Both the position numbers and the translations under genes were made by a program. This document shows positions 59,700 to 64,000 of a stretch of DNA of 64,000 bases, piece after piece. Below the pieces are notes generated by a model, which saw only the letters and a list, made by a program, of their open reading frames with translations, did not search any database and was not told where the DNA came from. The first letter of the stretch is position 1, and every line of letters starts with the position of its first letter. This DNA is from Lama guanicoe (lineage: Eukaryota), in NCBI GenBank assembly GCA_013239625.1, contig MU054391.1, forward strand, positions 4,795,824-4,859,823, given 5' to 3'.

Positions 59700-59945
59700 T
59701 TCCTGAGAACCCGCGGTCTGTGATCGCCCGTCCTCTGGACCCAAACCCTCCCACCTGTGTCGCACCCTCTCCCAAGAGACCATTTTCAGGGTAAATTTGA
59801 GGCCCGTCACTTGTCTAGCCCGTTGAAAATAAATATTCATTTTGTATACCTAATATTCTATTTTGAATTTTGTATTTTCACCTTAAAAAGAAGCGAGAAA
59901 GCATACGCTCTGGGCCCCACGACTGCACCTGCGCCTACCGCAGCG
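59700..59945. mobile_element. Possible ancient hAT-Tip100-like MITE fragment
   Basis: AAATATTCATTTTGTATACCTAATATT...CTTAAAAAG...CTCTGGGCCCCAC resembles old hAT-Tip100-type elements; weak recall-based match. Confidence 0.35.
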
Positions 59946-61559
59946 CTCACTGGAGTCACCGCCCACGTTAGTCACACCTTCCTACGGGCTGGCAGTGGCC
60001 GGGGGCAAAGGCAGAGAAGGGGAACCCAAAACCAACCCTCCCAAACAAACAGCTCCCAATAGGCAGGCAAAACCTCAGGGAAACCCCGAGGAGTCACTTC
60101 TCACGGGGCGCTGAGAGGCTCGGCCAGCTTCACAGGAAACACCATTAACCCGGAGATCAGACCAGCCACAGATCCGTGCGAAACGGGGAGAAAACTGAGA
60201 CAGGCTCTTTGAAATGAGTCACACAACCAAGGAAAATGGCGTCCCTTGGAGCGGGGATCAGCCAGCCGTGGGAACCCAGAAAGAAGAGGGTGCAGAAGAG
60301 AAGCAGGTGTGTCTGAAGAATGGGTTTGAATTCTGCAGTCCCATTTCTGCCGGCAGAAATGCGTCAGAGTGTGAAGTTCCTCAGTGTTCAACTCCTAACC
60401 TGCTCCCCGGCTCTGACTCACACTCACCAGGCCACCATCGGATTGTGAAAAGGTTCAGCAGGCAGATTTCCCCACACAGGACAGGGTAAATGAAGGGTTC
60501 AGCCCTCTAGACCTTTCCACAGTTGGAGGTTTTGTTATAAAATAATAAGCCGACATCCGGCGCGGACATCAGTGCGGTGAGCACAGTTAGTGGGGGTCTG
60601 CCCCGGAGGGAGGGTTTGGGACACAGTGCTGGAGCCTGCTCGGCCAGCCCAGCCCGGGACCAGGAGGGTTTGTACACTGCCCACAGCAGCCTGCTCGGTG
60701 ACCTCCCACACGCTGTCATCCACATCGGCTCTGTCCAAGCTGAGCTGTATGCTTCGTGACACGCTGTGGCCGTGTGGTGCTCCTGGGTCCACATCTGTAG
60801 GGTTGTCCACAGCTGACTGGCCATCACACAGGCCAGGTGGCCAGTCTGCCCCGCAGTGACAGGCAGCCCAGAGCTGAGGTCAAAGCCAATCGTCAGCTGG
60901 CATGCAGGCACCTAGGCCAGGGCCCATGTCCTGTTGGATCCCAGTGGATGGTGGTCTCCTTTCCTTTCCCTTCCCTGATGTCCCAGGAAAGACACAGGGC
61001 ACGAGGCAGCCGCTGCAGGCATAGTGTGTTTATTATACTTTCAGCAGTAGGAGTCGTGAACGTCGGGCAGGCCATCACACCACCGAGGCGGGGCTGCCTT
61101 CAGAAAGCAGCTCCGTCCTCCATCAGTGGGTCTTTGCATCTGTGACCAGGAAAGCCAGTGGCTGGGAGAATAAGGTAGGGTCTGCTCTGAGCTCTGTAGA
61201 GAGTGCCCACTGTGCTGGGCTGTGCCACAGGGACAGAACGGAAATGGGTGGAGAATGACCCTAGGAGATGAGCTCAGAGCGGGCGCCTGAGAAGAAAGCT
61301 CCTGGGACAATTACGGTCATGGCTCGCTGGTCAGCAATGAGATGGCCACTCTCTGGAGCACCAAGAAAAGAGTGGCCCTTCTTCCTGCCACTAATTCTTT
61401 CCATTCTCATAGGCAGGGGCATTTTTTTTTTCTCGTTCAAAAGAGATGAGATACAGAAAAATCAGTGAACAGACACAGAGCCCAGAAAATGCCAGAACAA
61501 GGACTCACCTCTGCTCAAGAAGAAGCACTAGTGGGCCAGTCCTCAGCAGATGGTGAGAC

Positions 61560-62100
61560 TTGGAGATACATTTCTCTAGAATAAAAGCACTGTCTACACT
61601 AATGTATCTCCTGTCAAAGCTGTCCAGTTCAAAAGGCAGAGGCTCACAGCACCATCGGACAATCAGTGCAGCACTGCTCATAACAGAGAGAATTTGGAAG
61701 CAACCTAATGGAGCACGGAAGAGGAGACCCACCGAATAACATGTGACCTATCCACACAGGATGAAGTTCTAGGCAGCCATATACTTGATGTTGTATGGGA
61801 CAGTTTATTGACAAGGAAATATGTTTAGAAGATGTTGCCAAATGAAAAAGAAATGTTTTCAAAGACATACGTGGAATATGATTCAATTTTGGCCAAAGGA
61901 TATAAAAGTAGAAATTTATATACAGGCATAGAAAAAAGAACGGCAGTTAATATTACAAAATATGAACAGTGTGCACATCTGGGCAGCGGCATAATGGGTA
62001 GTTTTGTTTTCTCTTTTTTATTTCTTATTTTCCCAATTGTACGCTGTGAACATGTATCAGTTTTTATGTTCCGGAACAAAATAAATGTTTCTGTTTAGTT
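61560..62100 (+). mobile_element. Ancient L1 (L1ME-like) 3' end
   Basis: CAGTGCAGCACTGCTCATAACAG...TTGGAAGCAACCTAATG...ATCCACACAGGATGAA...GCAGCCAT...TATGATTCAATTTT. Confidence 0.7.
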
Positions 62101-63329
62101 TTTTAAATCCCATGGAATTGAACCATATTTGTGGTTTACAAACCCTTTGGCATTGAACGATCCCAGGGTGCACTGAGGTCGCCCGAGCGAGCATTATTGT
62201 CCCTACTTTACGGCTGGGAAAGTGGGGTTCAGGCTGTCCGGTTCCTGCCCAGAACAGACTCTGGGCTGGCTTTCCAGGGCTCTCTCTTCCACAGGGGACC
62301 CAAGGTGGGGCTAATACAAGAAGGCCAAGCCCCCCGTGTACCCCCAAGTCTGTGCCCACCCCCAGCAGGGCTGAAGTCCCCAGACCAAGATGCCTTTTCT
62401 GCACCTCTTCAGGCTCCAGTGTCTGCCGTCTTTGTGTTGTGTTCTGTGTGTCCAGTCACTTTACGTCACGTCAGAGGTTGCTGCCTGAGCTCCGGGCCAC
62501 AGCTGAGCTCCCAAGGGGCCCTTCTCTCACTGTGAATGGCCTGGGCTCCCGTGGACACTGAGCTCTCCTTCCAGACTATTCACAGCACATTCCTGACCAC
62601 CCCGCCCAGAAAGAGTGACCTCCGTGGGGTCGGCTCTGGGAAGCACCCAGGGTTGGGCTCCAGGCCAGGTGACACCAGCCTGGGCTAGAGGATTAGCATC
62701 GAGGCAATTTGCTCCTTGGCGGGGCTGACTGGGGCCCTGGGGGAAGGAGAGAGGAGTCCCGTCAGAACCACGGGAATCTCTGGCCCAGAAGCGAGCAGCA
62801 ACACAGAGGACCTTCCCCGCTGATGGAGAACAAAGCCTCTGAGCCTCAGAAGCAATTCACTCTGTCCCAGGCCTCAGACCAGGCAGCGGACGCCTGGGGT
62901 CTGGGGACCAGCTGAGCCTGAGCTGCCGGCCAGGGAGCCCACAGGCCTTGCCGGGCAGCGATGTGGGCTGACGTCATCACCATTTGTCCCGCCTGTTGAG
63001 TGGTTCTCCCACCCCTGCCTCAGTATCTCCATTTCATGCCACCCTCACCCACAGACAGCAGTGGGCCTGGCCAGCTGCATGACCGTCCTGATGAAAAGTC
63101 TTCAGTGGTACCCAGCCCAAACTCCCCCTCCCAGCACTGAAGATGCCCCCAGCCCCAGCCACATTTCCAGATTCATCTACTACACCCCACAGGGTGTAGG
63201 TGGTGTTCCGGTCACCAGGCCACTCGCTCTGCCCCAGCACCGCTGCATCTCTGCCTCGGCCAGGACCTTCACCTCCCAGAAGCCCTTCTGCTGCATCGCA
63301 TCCTGCTAGTGCCCTGCTCAGCCTTCAGG

Positions 63330-63605
63330 ACCCTGCTGAAATTCCTCTCCACATCCACACAGCCCCCAGACCAGACCCCCACCACTGGAATTAAACCCGG
63401 CCCTCCCTGCACACACTCGCTCTCGAGCCCACGTGCTTCCACTGCGCTGCAGTCCTCCTATATCCATCTGGTCCCCACCAGACTTCTGAAGGGACGGACC
63501 ACATCCCTGGTATCTTCACATCTCACCATCCCACCCGCATCTCGTCCTAGCACAAGAGCCTCAATGTACACAGTAGGCACTCAACGAAAGCCTGTAAAAT
63601 TGAAA
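63330..63605 (+). mobile_element. L2 3' end
   Basis: CCCCACCAGACTTCTGAAGGGACGGACCAC...CCTAGCACAAGAGCC...CACAGTAGGCACTCAA. Confidence 0.6.
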
Positions 63606-64000
63606 TAACTTCATGGCCAGCTACAGATTCCACTCCTAATCTAGCAAAATGGCATTGCTGTTTGCTACAAGGAAATCCACAGGCTAGAGAATTGTTCTCA
63701 GAGGCTCCAGCACATCTCACTCTTTGATGCCCTAAGTAACTCATGGAATCTTTTTTTAAATCTCCTTCAATTCTTGAAAAGACTTTAAACTTTCCACCGA
63801 GTGCTGTGCATAGATTCTGTCCTTTTGGATACATGCACTGCTTTCCCCATTTTGCACAGTCATCCAAGGAACAAAAGAAAACCAGCTTTGGAGATCAGAA
63901 CCCGGAAGGAGAAGACCTTTCACTAAAATTTCCTGGGAGGGGACTTGCTTACCTTCCATGCCTACAGAAGCCGTCCTCTACGGTCAAGAGGCAAGCCGTC

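Overview
Mammalian genomic DNA, almost certainly camelid: it carries a tRNA-derived Vic-1-type SINE with a 15-bp target-site duplication (TSD) and artiodactyl-type L1 3' ends. It comes from a draft assembly with a 64-N gap at 24002-24065. The window is GC-rich and appears entirely non-coding, either intergenic or inside a very large intron. I recognise no protein-coding exon, tRNA, rRNA or snRNA. The only ORF-track entry with real homology is the L1 ORF2 C-terminus at 12657-12839. Much of the window is interspersed repeat (MIR, L2, old L1M, MLT1/ERVL LTRs, MER5/MER2/MER63/Charlie1 DNA transposons), including several nested insertions. Between the repeats lie short AT-rich unique islands with dense developmental transcription-factor motifs (homeodomain palindromes, T-box/GATA/NKX/FOX, MEIS+PBX-HOX, SOX, MEF2, TCF), consistent with a regulatory landscape. 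Several ancient repeats show sharply localised AT->GC erosion suggestive of GC-biased gene conversion. I cannot name the locus, and I see no evidence of a new protein-based system. Repeat family names come from recalled consensus sequences, and boundaries are approximate unless a TSD is given.
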